Position numbers and translations under genes: made by a program
The notes under the pieces: generated by a model
Database searches by the model: none
What the model saw: the letters and a program-made list of their open reading frames with translations, nothing else
What the model was told of the DNA's origin: nothing
Shown here: positions 37,093 through 50,366 of the stretch, in pieces
Layout of the letters: the number at the start of each line of letters is the position of its first letter
Position numbering within the stretch: position 1 is the stretch's first letter
Source: Octopus sinensis
Taxonomy: Eukaryota
Direction: 5' to 3'
Length of the DNA: 64,000 bases
Assembly: GCF_006345805.1 (NCBI RefSeq)
Contig: NC_043001.1
Location: 43,648,001-43,712,000 of the forward strand

Positions 37093-37199
37093 TAGATAGT
37101 AAATAAGCTTTCCTCTTGGATAATTTGGTTTCTTCCAACTGGCAATGAGACCTCCATTTCCATCTTGGTGGACAGAACAGTGCACAGGTTTGCTAGGAA
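37093..37199 (-). CDS. SORL1: SORL1 exon, FN3-2 start
   Basis: tgcag|TT CCT...CTA|gtgagt; PSKPVHCSVHQDGNGGLIASWKKPNYPRGKLIYYL. Confidence 0.9.
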
Positions 37200-38125
37200 C
37201 TGCAAAACATAAAGAAAAATATATTAGACATTCTAAGATAGAATCTTGTATTAATTAATTAATTTTCAGCCATAGAGTACAGGTTAAAATATATGAAGCT
37301 GATTCTATAGCTTAGTTTCAATTCCCATTTGAAATCAATTCACTTCTTATCATATAAATTCAGTTATGCTGCTTATGTCCACAAGAAAAAACCTCAATTT
37401 CCACTTTCCGTATGTCATAGGTCTTGTGCCTATGTCTAGAATATACTTTCTGCAGTCTGTGCATATATCATAGAGGTAATCTAAATGAGGATTTTAATAT
37501 TAGCCCTTGGCCAACACAACAGTCTTATTAAATATTAGCTCTCTAAGTACAAGGTAGCTTAAATAAGTGATAAAGAAATATCCAAGAGGATCTATGGTAT
37601 AGCTTAAGGAGTTTCATATTTCTTAACTAAAATCAAACTTTTCTTCTCTTCAGGAATAAAATATTGGGATCAAGTTAATTATATTTGACTAACAATGCCC
37701 CAAAATGCAGCAAAAATTCCTTGTGCACAGGAGAAAAAGTTAATAATATATTAGTATCATGTTCAATTAATATCAACAAATCATAGATTCCAGGCTTAAA
37801 AAAGAACACTTATGGTAATGTAGTTCTTGACATAATAAAACAATAACAACAAGAGCAGCAGCAACAATAATATCAACCAAAAGAGAGAGAGCCTTTATGA
37901 GGTTGCTCAACTTGCTGGAAATGGTGGTTGGGTCTCCCCCAAATTACATCTGACCATATTAAAAAGAAAATAAGGGATACTTTAGATAATGAAGTATTGG
38001 ATATAATATGTATGAAAAAAAGATGAGATGGGCTTAGCTGGAAAGCCTTTCATCATAGTTCTCCTCAATCAGGTCTAATTTGAAGCTAAACAACTACTAC
38101 AACAACAACATTGAAGAATGCTTAC

Positions 38126-38304
38126 AGCCATCATTTGTCTTCACTGAAACAAAATGCACAGGGCTGTAGATACGGCTACCGGTGGCATTGGCGACCTTCA
38201 CAGATACAAACAAATAGTAGATGGTTGCTGGTTTTAGGTTGGTAAAATTGTAGTTGGTTTTCTTGGTGATGCTGCGGTTCAGCCATGTATTTGATGGCAC
38301 ATCT
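38126..38304 (-). CDS. SORL1: SORL1 exon, FN3-1 second half
   Basis: tgcag|A GAT GTG...GGC T|gtaagc; DVPSNTWLNRSITKKTNYNFTNLKPATIYYLFVSVKVANATGSRIYSPVHFVSVKTNDG. Confidence 0.9.
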
Positions 38305-39229
38305 CTGCAGAAAGATACAATCATAGATGTAATTATACAACAAATATAACATTATGCTCATATTTACTCGCAAACACACACAAATTCCCAGCCATGCATT
38401 CATCTTATACATCTAGAGTTGAAGGCACATAAGCAAGTGATTAGGACGTTGGGTTCATTATAAGAAGACCGTGGATTTGATTCTTGTAAGGGGCAGCATA
38501 TTGTGTCCTTGAGCAAGACACTGCATTTTGCATTACTCTAATCTACTCAGCTGAAATGAGTGCCAGTTGAGTACTAGTGCAGCTCTCTTTCCCTTCTGGT
38601 TGTCACATCCAGGATGTCATGCTGGGTCAAGAATGGAAGTAGTGAGTGGGTGCCTATGTCTGCTTGTGACTACAGAGACGCCAAAAACAATTAGTGAAAT
38701 CATGGTATATAAAACCAATTCATACTTGCTAGATGTGTGTGTGTGTGTGAATGGACTGGTAGGTGTGTGGGTACATGATTTGTGCTGACAAAGGTAGAGC
38801 AGATATTATCAAATATTATTCTGTTGCACACTTTTTAAAAATCTTTTATAGGCTTCAATTTGTAGGCATTTCTACTGTTAATTATGCCAATCTGCAGCCC
38901 TTGTAATCTATTAGGACTGACTATTTTATCTGTGCATCCATTGCTCATATTGAATACATGGTACTCATCATCATCATTTAACATTTGTTTTCCATTCATC
39001 ATCATTTAACATTTGTTTTCCATTCTAACATGGGTTGGACAGTTTGACAGGAACTGGCAAGGCTGGGAGCTGTAGCAAAGTTCCATTATCTGTTTTGCCA
39101 TGGTTTCTACAGCTGGATGCCCTTCCTAATGCTAACCATTTTACAAAGTGTACTGGGTGCTTTTTAAGCGGCACCAACTCTGATGCTTTTTGATGCAGCA
39201 TCAGCAACAGCACTCAGTGTACACTTAAA

Positions 39230-39750
39230 TATGAGGGCTGTACCAGAAATAAATCAAAAGCAGGCATAACTTAAATTTTTAACCACAAAAATTGTTCAAA
39301 TTGCACATGTCAGCAAAGTAATTCATTTTCTTTCATGACTCTTCTTCCTGTTCTTCTTAATTGCAGGCAAATAATGGGTTCCAAGCAGAAGCAACATTCA
39401 CTTATTCAGTGTTTGTAAAAAGTGGCGTGCAGGCTGTCCAACATCCACAGAAGACTAAAGGTTGTGTATGGAGATTATACCACTGACATACACAGATTGA
39501 TGAAGTTTAAACAAGATGAAACCAGCAAGAAGACAAACCATGTAGTAGGAAACCATCATCTGTGACCCCTGACATGAATTTCCAGTGAGCAGACATATTT
39601 ATTGATGTGGACAAACGAGTTACAGTATGAGTTTGCTGCACAACTGACTGTGGTCACAATATATTACAGAAGATGGGAGAAGAATCTGGACATTGGAAAG
39701 TGTATGCACTGTGGATAACTTGGCAGCTGACACCCAATTTGAAGGAGAGA
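39230..39750 (+). mobile_element. Mariner 5' remnant
   Basis: Left end tatgagggctgtaccag; degenerate N-terminal transposase IHRRLKVVYGDYT...DKRVTV...KVYALWI..QLT. Confidence 0.6.
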
Positions 39751-40505
39751 AAGTGAAAGTGTGGCTCTGTGCAAGTATATCCTATTAAAGCATTGAACCA
39801 ACCAATACCTTGTGAGTGTGAATTTGGGAGACAAGAACTGTACAGAAGATTGTTGTATATATGTGTGTGAGGGGGGTATGGTTGTATGTGCATGTGTTTT
39901 TGTGAGTTTACATTCTGTGCTTCTCATGAAAAGTTGACAAATCAACCCCTCATTCTACACTTTCAAAGAGATTGGAACAAAAAAATCCCTTATTTGAAAA
40001 ACAGGTAAGGATGAGAAACAGGAAAGGCATTTGGATGTAAAACAGTTCTTCAATAATATGTATTCACCTAACTCATACTAGCATGAGGAAAAAGATAAGT
40101 ATAAAAACAAATGAACAGATGATATATACACATAAATGCACAAAAGAGAAAAAGAATGGGGAAGATGGAAGTTCATGATAATTCCATTACCCTCTTAACA
40201 TATCCTATATATTTTTGTTCAGAGATGTCTCGTAAATATATATTTGATCAAAAATATACTGAGATATCTGAGATATCTGTCACTTATTTCTAACCCAAAA
40301 TACTTTGTTCATAATGTTATTCCCATTTTCTATCATCAACTATCCTTTCTATCAGTAAGTTTATAATAAATCATAACTAATCCAAAATAATTTGTGTACT
40401 TATTGTTCCATATATATATACATTCAAAATATTAAAAAAAAAAAATTTTTGTATGGAAATTGAAAAAAAAAATGTGTATGTTAAGAAGGTTAAATTTCAA
40501 CTTAC

Positions 40506-40620
40506 ACAATACTTGGCATATAGGATATATTGCTGGAGAAATGTTTGGTTGCCTCCCATGAAAGTAAAACACTGTTGCTGGTCACTTTGGTATACCACAG
40601 ATTAGGCACACGCACTTCCT
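40506..40620 (-). CDS. SORL1: SORL1 exon, FN3-1 first half
   Basis: tcaag|AG GAA...ATT GT|gtaagt; EVRVPNLWYTKVTSNSVLLSWEATKHFSSNISYMPSI. Confidence 0.87.
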
Positions 40621-41702
40621 CTTGAAAAAGGAAAAATTTTCATATTAAACAAGAATTTCACATAAAAAGCAAATGAAGATGATATCTTTTTGCTCTAATA
40701 GGTCCTAAGGTCTAATTAGAAACTGAAAACACAAAATCCTTGAGCCATTTGACAAGGAACATAAATCAAATTGTAAGTGAAAGGCAGTGAGCAGGCAGAA
40801 TCTTTAGCACATTGGATAAAATGCTTAGTGGTATTTCTTCCAGCTCTTCATGTTCTGAGTTAAAATTCCACTGAAACTGACTTTGCTTTCATTCTTTCAA
40901 GGTTGATAAAATGAGTACAGGGGTCAATGTAATCAACTATCTCCCAACCCTAAAATTGCTAGCCTTGTGCCAAAATTTGAAGCCACTATGCAGATGAAAA
41001 CTGAATACTGTACATTCTATGTAGGCAATGGTTGCACAGAAAAGATGGCAGAGAACAAGGACTTCAGATAGGAATAATTAACTGTAGAATTGTCTATGAA
41101 ATTAAGCTAGTTAAAAGTTTAAAAATGCTGAGGTTGTGCACAGATTTCTTTCTCTACATAAGTTTTCAACAACTGAAAACCCATCTTGGGAAATCTAACA
41201 AAAGAGACTTTCTATGATTGTTCAACCTGCTAGAAATAGCAGCCAAATTTTCTTAAAATCATATCCTACGGATTTTTAAAGTTTTTTGAGAGGTGGGTGC
41301 ATTGGGAGCACATTGGAAAATGTAGTCCTAGATATGCAATGCTGAGGAGAGAACAGAGTGACCATGAATGAAATGCCTTTGACATAAGCCTGCTCAGTCA
41401 GGACTGACCAAGTGTTAAATAACAACAACTGCTCTAGAGATACTTTGACAGTCATAGCAATTTATGCTCAGAAATGGATGGGATTTTATAATAAGCTGTA
41501 GAGGAAATGCCTAGACAATTCACATTGTATAGAAACATTTGACTTCAAAAAAATTCTCCATGGCAGTGCCCCAGCATGGCTACAGTCTAATGACTGAAAC
41601 AAATGAAAAATAAAAGATCCATATTAACACTAGCTTCATTTACACAACTACCATATAATAATCATTGAAGTTTATGCATTCATCATATACAATGGCACTA
41701 AC

Positions 41703-41846
41703 CTTTACACATTCCAAATTCTTCATCCCGGCCATTAAGACAATCAATGTGACTGTCACATGCTTTCCAGTAAGGTAAACACCTGTCACTATCAGGTTCA
41801 CATAAGAACTCATAGTCAGCACATGACTTTGGAGGCCTGTTAAATC
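41703..41846 (-). CDS. SORL1: SORL1 exon, LDL-A repeat 10
   Basis: ttcag|GA TTT...AAA G|gttagt; FNRPPKSCADYEFLCEPDSDRCLPYWKACDSHIDCLNGRDEEFGMCK. Confidence 0.92.
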
Positions 41847-42957
41847 CTGAAAATCAAAACAAGAAATGTAGTAGTTTGGAGTTCATAGCTTAGGAGGACA
41901 AAGCTATTCAATAGACTGATTTTTCTTCAACATATTTAATAATACATTTTTATCTTAGTAAAATGAAATACATTTGATTTATTTTTTCTACTTTTTAAAC
42001 AAATTTTCACTTAACAACTAAGCGGCTTTGATATACAGAAATTATGAGAGAAAATAGAAGGAATCAACTCTGTATTTGTCCTTATAGTATTTATCTACAT
42101 GAACAATCTAGATGAAATTGTTCAAATAATAATTATAAAGGCAACTGTTGTTATATTACTAACATCACTGAAGGTGTCCTTAAATATAATCCATTCCAAC
42201 TCTGGCTTATGTTGGCATAAAAAAATAGTTCAAGTCTCTCTCTAAAACTAATCTTCTACCCCTTTTGTTACCATATTTCTACTGAAATACATTAACTTTG
42301 TTTCAATTAATTTTGAAAATAATGAAAAATTTAGTAAAATAATTTTGTCAGTACTAATTTTGTGTTTGGAACATAGATTAATAAGAAATCTTGATAGAAG
42401 GTTTTAATTTAGATTACTTTAAAGCAGGAAGTTTGAATAAGATCCAAGTGGCCTTGGGTAGTTTGGTATCAAAAGCATTAAAAAGATGTTAACTTCTCCG
42501 GGGGTGGGGGAGAGAAAAATGGAACTGTCAGCCACAACAAAATATTGTTGAATGTTGTGAATTTTAAGTTTCTGTTACTGTAACTAAACATGGCTTCTGC
42601 TTTCCAGAAATGTTCTCATTTTAACATATTTAGACAGGTCACAAATGGCTGACTCTTAAATAATAAAGAATGTTCCTATTCTTATTTCATTTCATTATCT
42701 TCCCCAAATCTGCCAATTTCTTTCTCAATATTCCAAGCAAATAATGATTACTTGTAATGTTGCTTCATATTAGGATATATTTTCCTTGATACCTGTGAAG
42801 CTAATCATCTTGTAACTTTTTCCCTTGCATTAAATCTAGAAGGACAGACAGACAAGACCATATCAAAATCTAGCTGTTCTCTATTAATATGACAATTTCT
42901 AGAAGTTCAGACAAATCAGTTGCTTCCCTCAAAATAGCCATGACGTAAAGTACTCAC

Positions 42958-43227
42958 CGTTACTCGAGTGGTTGTAGTAACAATCCCTTTCATCTGAATG
43001 ATCAATGCATTCATTGATACCATTGCAAATAGAGCTTTGTGGAATGCAGCCAGGGGATTGTACGCAGTGAAACATGCCTTCTCCACATTTTTCAATGGTT
43101 GGACAATTTTCTTCATCAGAATTATCATTGCAGTCGTTCTCACCATCACAAGTCCATGACATGTGAATACACATACCATTTGTACAGCGGAATGAAAATC
43201 CTTCACATTTATGTTCATTGCCTGATG
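42958..43227 (-). CDS. SORL1: SORL1 exon, LDL-A repeats 8 and 9
   Basis: actag|CA TCA...AAC G|gtgagt; [89 protein letters not shown]; alternative in-frame acceptor 6 nt downstream (exon start 43221). Confidence 0.93.
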
Positions 43228-44064
43228 CTAGTTAAAAAAATACATAAAAAGAACAAAAAACAGAAAGTGATATTGAAACTTTAACCAATTGTTAAAGAAA
43301 ATTTTAAAATGTTAAAATTTTAAAAATCAGATAAAAAATTATTTTCCAAATATATTTTCCCATTGTGATTTTTATACTTGTTTTTCTCTCATCCGCACCA
43401 ATTATCCCAAAATATTAATAGATACTTCCTATTTTATTTTAGTGCTTAAGGATTGGTGCAATTAATTTCATAGACGTCAAACTTCAACTCATGAAGTCAC
43501 AAATCTATATAATTGACTCACTGACCTATCCCAAGGCTTTAATAAAAATAAAAGCTTGATTTGGCTATTGTTTTTCAACCATAGACGACAGAATAATTAT
43601 TTCATTAAACAATGGAATCTATTTCTAAATATAATATATTTGAACTGCACACACCTATGTATTTGCTATACTTCCCTAATAGCTTACAGGAATGGTTACA
43701 AAAGGAAAGGATAGTGTAATAGGGTATGGAGGGGTTGCAGAATAAGGAAACATACATGAATTATGAAATAAGGAAAGGAACAAAGAGAGAAATTGTTTGG
43801 CTGTCTATATTCTTTCCCACCCACCCATCAAAAAAAAAAAAAAATCCAGTCTTGTATAGGATAAGCAGTTTGTATAGATTAACAATACATGACTTAAAAC
43901 AGATAGCAAAGACAAGCAAGATGGTAGCATTTTGGCTTGTTCCACTCATGTTGTCTGCTTTCCCTCGTCTGGAGAAGGTAAAATACATCTCCATAACACA
44001 CAAATATTAATTTAATCAATTGATCAACTTATGACAAAATTAGCAGTACATTTGGCATAGTAGC

Positions 44065-44628
44065 ACCATAGTCAACTGTTACAAAGATAAAAGTGATGCT
44101 TTAGATAGAGATAATTACAGGGGTATCAAACTGCTGGATCAGGTGATAAAGGTCACAGAGAAGGTCATAGCCCAACTAATTAGGGAGAGAGTCTGCTTAG
44201 ATGAGATGCAGTTCAGTTTTGCGCCAGGTAGAAGCACCACTGATGCTATATTCTTGGTATAGCAACTGTAGGAGAAATACCAAGCCAAAGTTAAACCCCT
44301 ATACTTGGCTTTTGTAGACTTGGAGAAAGCCTTTGATAGGGTCCCCCGATCACCTTGTCTGGTGGGTGATGCGGAAACTGGGGATTGACAAGTGGTTAAT
44401 AAGAGCTGTACAGGCCTTGTACAGGGATGCTGTAAGTAAGGTAAGGGTCGGCAATGAGTATAGTGAGAAATTCCGGGTAGAAGTAGGGGTTCACCAAGGA
44501 TCAGACCTCAGCCCCCTCTTATTCATCATAGTCCTCCAGGTATTAACAGAGGAATTCAAGACAGGCTGCCCCTGGGAGCTACTCTATGCTGATGACCTTG
44601 CTCACATAGCAGAATCACTACTAGAACT
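44065..44628 (+). mobile_element. RTE-type LINE internal RT fragment
   Basis: NYRGIKLLDQVIKV...QF.FAPGRSTTDAIF...LAFVDLEKAFDRVP...GVHQGSDLSPLLFIIV...ELLYADDLA. Confidence 0.9.
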
Positions 44629-44827
44629 TGTTAATTTTTACCTTCTGTATTATTAAATCATCATCATTACCATTTAACATCCTTTTCCCCTGTAATTTTG
44701 CTATTGTTTATAATGTATATCTTTTCTTTATACACATATACAATATCAACCCATATCATCACAATCAGTGAAAATGGACAACCCACTCTCGTATTAGTTT
44801 GGTATAATAAGGGTTCTCTTTACTTAC

Positions 44828-44962
44828 GACAATATTCTTCATCACTTCGATCAGAGCAGTCTACATGGCCATCACATTGCATCCTTGTTAGGATGCACTT
44901 TCTATCAGCAGTGCACTGAAATTCATCTGCTTTACAGCTTGGTGGTGGAGGAGAAAGGAAAC
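44828..44962 (-). CDS. SORL1: SORL1 exon, LDL-A repeat 7
   Basis: tcaag|GT TTC...TGT C|gtaagt; (C)FLSPPPPSCKADEFQCTADRKCILTRMQCDGHVDCSDRSDEEYC. Confidence 0.93.
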
Positions 44963-46270
44963 CTTGAAAAGGTAAAAATAACAGTTATAGTAGCAATAAT
45001 ACCAAAAAATATATAACCAAAGATAAGTGAAAACTATAATACTGATTTCCAATAATGGCAAAAAGCCACACATTTAAGCGAGAGAGTAGAATTGATTAAA
45101 TCACTCCCCAGTAGTTGACTGGTGCTATATAGATTCTAAGGACATCCAGCTGTAAAAATCTTGCCAAAACAGTTGGAGAAGTCTGGTGCAGGCTTCTGCC
45201 TCACCGGCTCCTGTCCCACCCATGCCAGTATGGAAGGTGGATGATAAGCAATGATGACGCTGATGAAAAACAAAGCTGACCTTATCAAAGTTTGAACTCA
45301 GGATTATAGCTAAACACTGCAAAATATTTTGTCTGATGCTCCACTAATCATGCCCATTAGCAAATTCGACAACGATTTTTAACATTGGTCTAAGCCACAA
45401 ATTTCATTTCTTGGTCCTGCTGGTTTACCTTTGACAAATAACATCAAGCAACTCAATGAAATGCTGAAGACTATGAGGAATATATATGAATGACAAAAAG
45501 AAATCCAGATCATTGCTATTGTCATCATTGTTTCAACACAGATGCAGATCTTCTATGCGTTCAGACGCATATTTTCTAAGGGCCAGAACCCTTCCAGTTG
45601 TCAACCTTAGCTGTTTCCAAGCAAGGTAATAATTTCCCTAGACATGTTTTCTTAAAACATTGGAAATGATTTTCATTTTTAAAAAATCATGCGATGTCAA
45701 GACAAGGAGATGCAAACATACACACATACACATATATATATACAGGTGTATTATAAATGTATATATGTGACAGACTTCTTTCAGTTTCCATCTGTCAAAT
45801 CCACTCACAAGACTCATGATAGAAATATACAGGAAAATATATGGTAAAAATTCATCAGAGTATTTCAGAAATTCAGAGCTTAGTGAGTAGTAGTGAAGCT
45901 ATATCTAGTCTATTTATACTGACCGTCACCTTGCAAAATTAATTTTGAATAAATTATGAAACTATTTGTTACTGTTTTGAATTTTGAAGTATTATAATCT
46001 TCTATAATATATACAATTCTGAACAAGACTTTAATAGCAAATATTGTCTTTAAGAAGACAAGAGGACCAGTGTCCTAAAATAGTTATGGAATTACTGGTC
46101 TAAAGCTGCTATATTTTGTATTTTATTTTTTTTTACTTCAGTATTTGGAAATCACGTTTTTCTTGTATCTCACCTGAATTAACTTGGAAAATCTTGAGTA
46201 TTTTTATTTTCTTTTTAACATTCTTAGAACTATAACAATTATACTTTGTAATATACAATTTGTTACTTAC

Positions 46271-46429
46271 AGTTTTCTTCATCTGAGTTATCATCACAGT
46301 CATTGATGCCATCACAACGTTCACTGGCAAAAATACAAAAGCCATTGTCACACTGGAATTCTACACCATTACATCTGGGCAAGGAACTTGACTTAGTTGT
46401 AGTTGGAACAGGTTGTGTAGTTTTGTAAA
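46271..46429 (-). CDS. SORL1: SORL1 exon, Ser/Thr linker plus LDL-A repeat 6
   Basis: tatag|TT TAC...AAC T|gtaagt; [52 protein letters not shown]; the final Cys codon is split (T|GT) with the next exon. Confidence 0.93.
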
Positions 46430-46986
46430 CTATATGGAATGAAAAAAATACCAAAAAAGAAAAACCACATGTATAAATAAAATTCTTGCTGCAAATAAAT
46501 AAGTAAAACATACTACAAAAAATTTCTTTGTTAACTAAAACTTGAATGAAATGTACTAACTGATATTAAAAAGTACTATCCCTCTTCCATCACTCCACAT
46601 AACTAATGTTATTAATTAGTTTTCCTTTACTTCTTCACTGATGGTTTTTATCAACGATTTCATCAAAGCACAACCAATCATGATAAAACATGTTTACTTT
46701 CATACATTTAAAGCACATATATAAATAAACACAGATGTGCATTTGATACACATAAAGTCATTGGTAGTAAGCTGGCAGAATCATTAGCACGGTAGGCTGC
46801 GTGCATGTAACAAGAGATGTAATAATAAATCGTAAAGTATTTTGCTTGCCAGTATGCTGATTCAGTCAACCCACTGTCCTTAGGAAATAAAATAAATATG
46901 GTTTGGGTTTTAAAATATATATACACACATTTTTGTGTGGCTCCTGACATTACACTATACTCCTAAATTTATACTTATTTATATGT

Positions 46987-47506
46987 AACTAGCAGAGATA
47001 CCTGGCGTTGCTTGGGATTAAAATGGCATAGCTTGTATATATATTACAGTTATGTTAAAACAGGTGATATGAGAAAGTGCAGCATTGATGACAAAACATT
47101 TGTGAAGTAATTGATGAGCTAATACAACTAAGTGTCATAGCATGCATCCATTTGGAGTATGCAGGTCCTAACCTGTCATGGAAAATTGGGGGTGGGGGTT
47201 ATGTGATTTTTGAACACACCGAAAAGCTGTCAGTGGATAGACTCTTTGCGGCAGTTGGCGCTGCATCTAACACGACCCATCGTCTGAAGTTTTGACACCT
47301 TCTTCAGGTTTGTTGCCCTACATCACTCATAATTTGGAGGAACTGTGCTTGTTCATTTGTGGGTAACAGCGAACCAATGAGGTGATAAACTCAATTAGAT
47401 GTTTACACTCATACTTATTACCTTGTAAAATTTGATTTGATTTGGTTGAGCCATTTGAGAATGCATAGAGAACAGACAGACAAAGAATTTTATATACAAA
47501 AAATAG
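46987..47506 (+). mobile_element. Non-autonomous Helentron (HINE/DINE-1-like) element
   Basis: 5' actagcagagatacctggcgttgcttggg and 3' ttggttgagccatttgagaatgcatagagaacagacagacaaagaattttatata ends have the HINE-type layout (recognised by pattern, not searched). Confidence 0.62.
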
Positions 47507-47780
47507 TGGGTCAACCAATAACTAAATCCATCATCCTCATGAGGATTGATTTAAAATAATTAAGCAAAGAAATCTCTGCTATCAACAGATGGAAGATAAA
47601 TTCCATTGTTCTAACATATAGTGCACCATCCATATCAAACGCTAATATTTTAATCAGGCAATATATGAAAATAAAAAAATGAGGGGAAATACGAGCTCAA
47701 ACTGAAAATATCAATGTTCTATATAAATGATGTCATAGTTGATTTAGCAGTTGGATAGGGTGATTTTCAAATTGGCTTAC

Positions 47781-47903
47781 CATCTGTACAGTTAGCTTCA
47801 TCAGAGTAATCACGGCAATCGTCATCAAAATCACATGTCCAATTCAAAAGAATACAACGGCCATTCTTACATGTGAATTCATTAGGAGAACATGATGGGT
47901 AAG
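47781..47903 (-). CDS. SORL1: SORL1 exon, LDL-A repeat 5 (paralog of repeat 3)
   Basis: tctag|CT TAC...GAT G|gtaagc; [40 protein letters not shown]. Confidence 0.94.
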
Positions 47904-48119
47904 CTAGAAGAAGGAAATGAAAATAGTGCATGAAACTTTAGATAGTGAAAAGGATTAGTATATTCTTGGTCTGATATCATAATGAGAAAATAGCATAACA
48001 ATATTCACTTTTAAATCAAACTGTATAATTATAATACTGTGTGTATGCATGCATACTTGTATACCTGTATGGTAGTGAGATACAATTTATTTTACACAAA
48101 TCATTTTAAAAAATTAACA

Positions 48120-48430
48120 TTGTAATGGCTGTGTGGTTTAGAAGCTTGCTTTGCAACCATGTGGTTTTGGGTTCAGTTCCACCACATGACACCTTACGTG
48201 TGCATGTGTGTGAGAGATACCCCCCTCCACATACACCACCACCACTTGACGACTGGTGTTGGTTTGTTTATCTCCTCATACCACAGCAGTTAGGCAAAAG
48301 AGACTTATAGAATAAGTACCAGACTTAAAACTCAGTCCTGGAGTTGATTTGTTTGAGCAGACCCTTCTGGGTGGTGCCCCAACAGGTAGGTTCACAGTCC
48401 AATGATTGACTCAAGTAAAAGATAAAAGGT
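48120..48430 (+). mobile_element. Family-B SINE
   Basis: atggctgtgtggtttagaagcttgc...ggttcagttccacc...gactcaagtaaaagataaaag. Confidence 0.75.
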
Positions 48431-48511
48431 AAACAAAAAGAATATGAAAAACATTTTGAAGAAAAGGAATCTGTTATGAATATTTGAGGAAGATGAGACA
48501 GAAATACTCAC

Positions 48512-48628
48512 TGCAATTTTTCTCATCAGAACCATCACTGCAGTCATTTTCATGATCACAGATCCAATGTCTTGGAATACACTGCATGTTAGGGCAATGG
48601 AAATTACCTTCAGAACACTGGTTAAATT
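48512..48628 (-). CDS. SORL1: SORL1 exon, LDL-A repeat 4 (paralog of repeat 2)
   Basis: tacag|AA TTT...TGC A|gtgagt; [38 protein letters not shown]. Confidence 0.94.
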
Positions 48629-49110
48629 CTGTAGAGAAATAAAACAAACATAAAGCAGCTGCTAATAATTTGGTAAAAAGAATATGGCTTTGATGAAATT
48701 TATAGTCTTATGCATTTAAAAAAATGTCATTAGAAAAGACGGGCAGAAATAGAGACCTGCCTGCATCAAATATTGACATATTTATATCACATTAAAAGCA
48801 ATTAGATGGGTTATAAACATGTAGTGTGCATTACTTTTTTATCAAGTTCGTATTAAGATGATTTAGAAGTAGAGACTTTTAGACTACCATAAAACCCATG
48901 TAATTTACGCACTTTTTTGAAAAAATGAAAATAAACTTTAGATTGTTTCTAGAACTTTTTTAGAAATTAATTTTCTTGAAAAATGATGTACAAATCTAAA
49001 CATTTGTACAGGAAGTTGACTCATTTAATGTCAGAATACATTTTTACAGAAAAAATATAATGAAGCTGACTTTTATTTATGCTGGACGGTATAATGCTTA
49101 CTTTTTCTGT

Positions 49111-49196
49111 ATAAATTTACTAAAACCATTAACTTTTTGAAGTTTGATGTTCATAAATTTACTAAAACCATTAACTTTTTGAAGTTTGATGTTCAT
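49111..49196. repeat. Perfect 42-bp tandem duplication
   Basis: ataaatttactaaaaccattaactttttgaagtttgatgttc x2. Confidence 0.95.
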
Positions 49197-50243
49197 GCTG
49201 GTAATCATGGTCCAGGCCAAATTTTACATAGCTTGGAGTTTCTACCTATTGCAATGGAGCCCAGCAATTTCCTTAAATAGTTTTTCCCCATTTAAGAAGT
49301 TTAGCTTACATTTGCCTCCAGGAAGCTATTACTTGCTTTCTCTGCATTAGGACAATGAAATTCATTGCCACCACCTCTCTTGTTCAATAAACACTGAGTT
49401 AAACTTGCAGAGCTGTTTATTTTCTCCTTTCGATTTTTAATGTTTATTTTAGTGGGTTACCAAACTATCAGTTTGGTCTTCCAGCTAAATTGGTAATGAC
49501 AAATTTTAAAGTTTGCTTGACATTTTATAAGTGCGAAAGGGATTAAAATTTCGATATTCCATATCAAAGGTTCCAACAAGAATAGGCAGAAAATCAGAGC
49601 TTGAGACAAGAGGACACTTTCGACCAACCAGAATTCTGTTTACATAATCAGTTTGATCAGTCACCTTCCTCTGTCGGTTGAGTAAAGTGTCATCCAAGTT
49701 GATGTTTATTGGTAATTAAACTTATTTTGCAACACTGGTGCGTATTACACAGCTGGGTGTCCCTACATTCTTGATATTCCTACTTTTAATTTAACATACT
49801 TTGAGATCTTTTCTAGTTCTTTGTTTGCAATGTTTTTTCTGAAAGAATTGTAGTTTCTATTATGAAGCATTCTCTTCTTTCCAAGTCACATACAATAATA
49901 CCTGGTAAGCTAGTAGAATTGTTAGCACGCTGAGCAAAATGCTAAGAGGCATTTCATCTACCTTTATGGTTGGTCTGAGTTCAAATTCTGCCATGGTCGA
50001 CTTTAATTTTTTTTGTTTCAGGGTCAATAAAAATAAGCACCAGTTGAGAAACAGGGTTGATGTAATCAACTTACCCACTTCCTCAAACTTGCTGACCTTG
50101 TGCTAAAATTTGTAGTCAATAATATCTGGTCTACAGTACTAGATTATTCTGTTTGGATTTTTAAAAACCCATAGAAATCTTACTTCATAAGTAATTTAGC
50201 AAACAGATAAAGTCAGGAAAAAAATTATTCCAAAACAACTTAC

Positions 50244-50366
50244 CATCTTCACAGTTAGCTTCATCAGAATAATCATGGCAGTCATCATCAAAGTCACACG
50301 TCCAATTCAAAGGAATGCAGCGGCCATTATTGCAAGTGAATTCAGCAGAAGAACAAGGTGGATAGG
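50244..50366 (-). CDS. SORL1: SORL1 exon, LDL-A repeat 3
   Basis: tccag|CC TAT...GAT G|gtaagt; [40 protein letters not shown]. Confidence 0.95.

Noticed and set aside
49200-49720. Possible Penelope GIY-YIG remnant in the LDL-A 3-4 intron
   Set aside because: Similarity too weak to support without a profile search.
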